This document shows, piece after piece, positions 63,803 to 64,000 of a DNA stretch of 64,000 bases. Every line of letters begins with the position of its first letter. Position 1 is the stretch's first letter. The notes beneath the pieces are model-generated. The model did not search any database. It saw nothing but the letters and a program-made list of their open reading frames with translations, and was not told the DNA's origin. The stretch is from Okamejei kenojei (lineage: Eukaryota). A program made the position numbers and the translations under genes. The stretch covers positions 20,584,001-20,648,000 of the forward strand of contig CM069133.1 of assembly GCA_035221665.1 (NCBI GenBank). The letters run 5' to 3'.

Positions 63803-64000
63803 ACCCATTCCTTCTCTCCATAGATGCTGCCTCACCCGCTGAGTTACTCCAGCATTGTGTGTCTACCGGCAGTGCATCAATGTTTTGCAGAAATTTCAGA
63901 GCACTTGAAGTCCTCGAAAAACATTAATATGTAAAGCATTTTAGGACATTACAAACTTTTCAGAACTCCTGATTTACTCTCGGTGAGATAGCCAACGATA

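Overview
Eukaryotic, repeat-saturated DNA (large intron or intergenic region) with no host protein-coding exon that I can recognise. The repeat mix points to a cartilaginous fish, probably a skate or ray (inference): V-domain tRNA-derived SINEs of HE1 type, CR1 LINEs sharing their 3' tail, Rex1/Babar, L2 and Tx1 LINE fragments, and Penelope-like elements (PLEs). Nearly all ORFs in the track are decayed retroelement pieces or noise. The strongest signal is roughly 35 dispersed copies (manual count, many degenerate) of a minimal hammerhead-ribozyme motif, CTGAAGA-A-GGGT[loop]ACCC-GAAAC-GTC. It belongs to the 3' terminal repeat of a GIY-YIG PLE but also occurs as separate ~90-115 bp insertions with their own target-site duplications (TSDs) and as fold-back pairs. 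Other notable items: a TIR-bounded family with shared ends but different GC-rich interiors, Harbinger-type MITEs, multi-level nested insertions, an old inverted duplicate of unique-looking DNA, and a 97-nt hairpin. There is a 152-N gap, and much of the sequence after ~32.5 kb looks indel-rich (probable low-coverage long-read consensus). Repeat boundaries were read by eye and are approximate.
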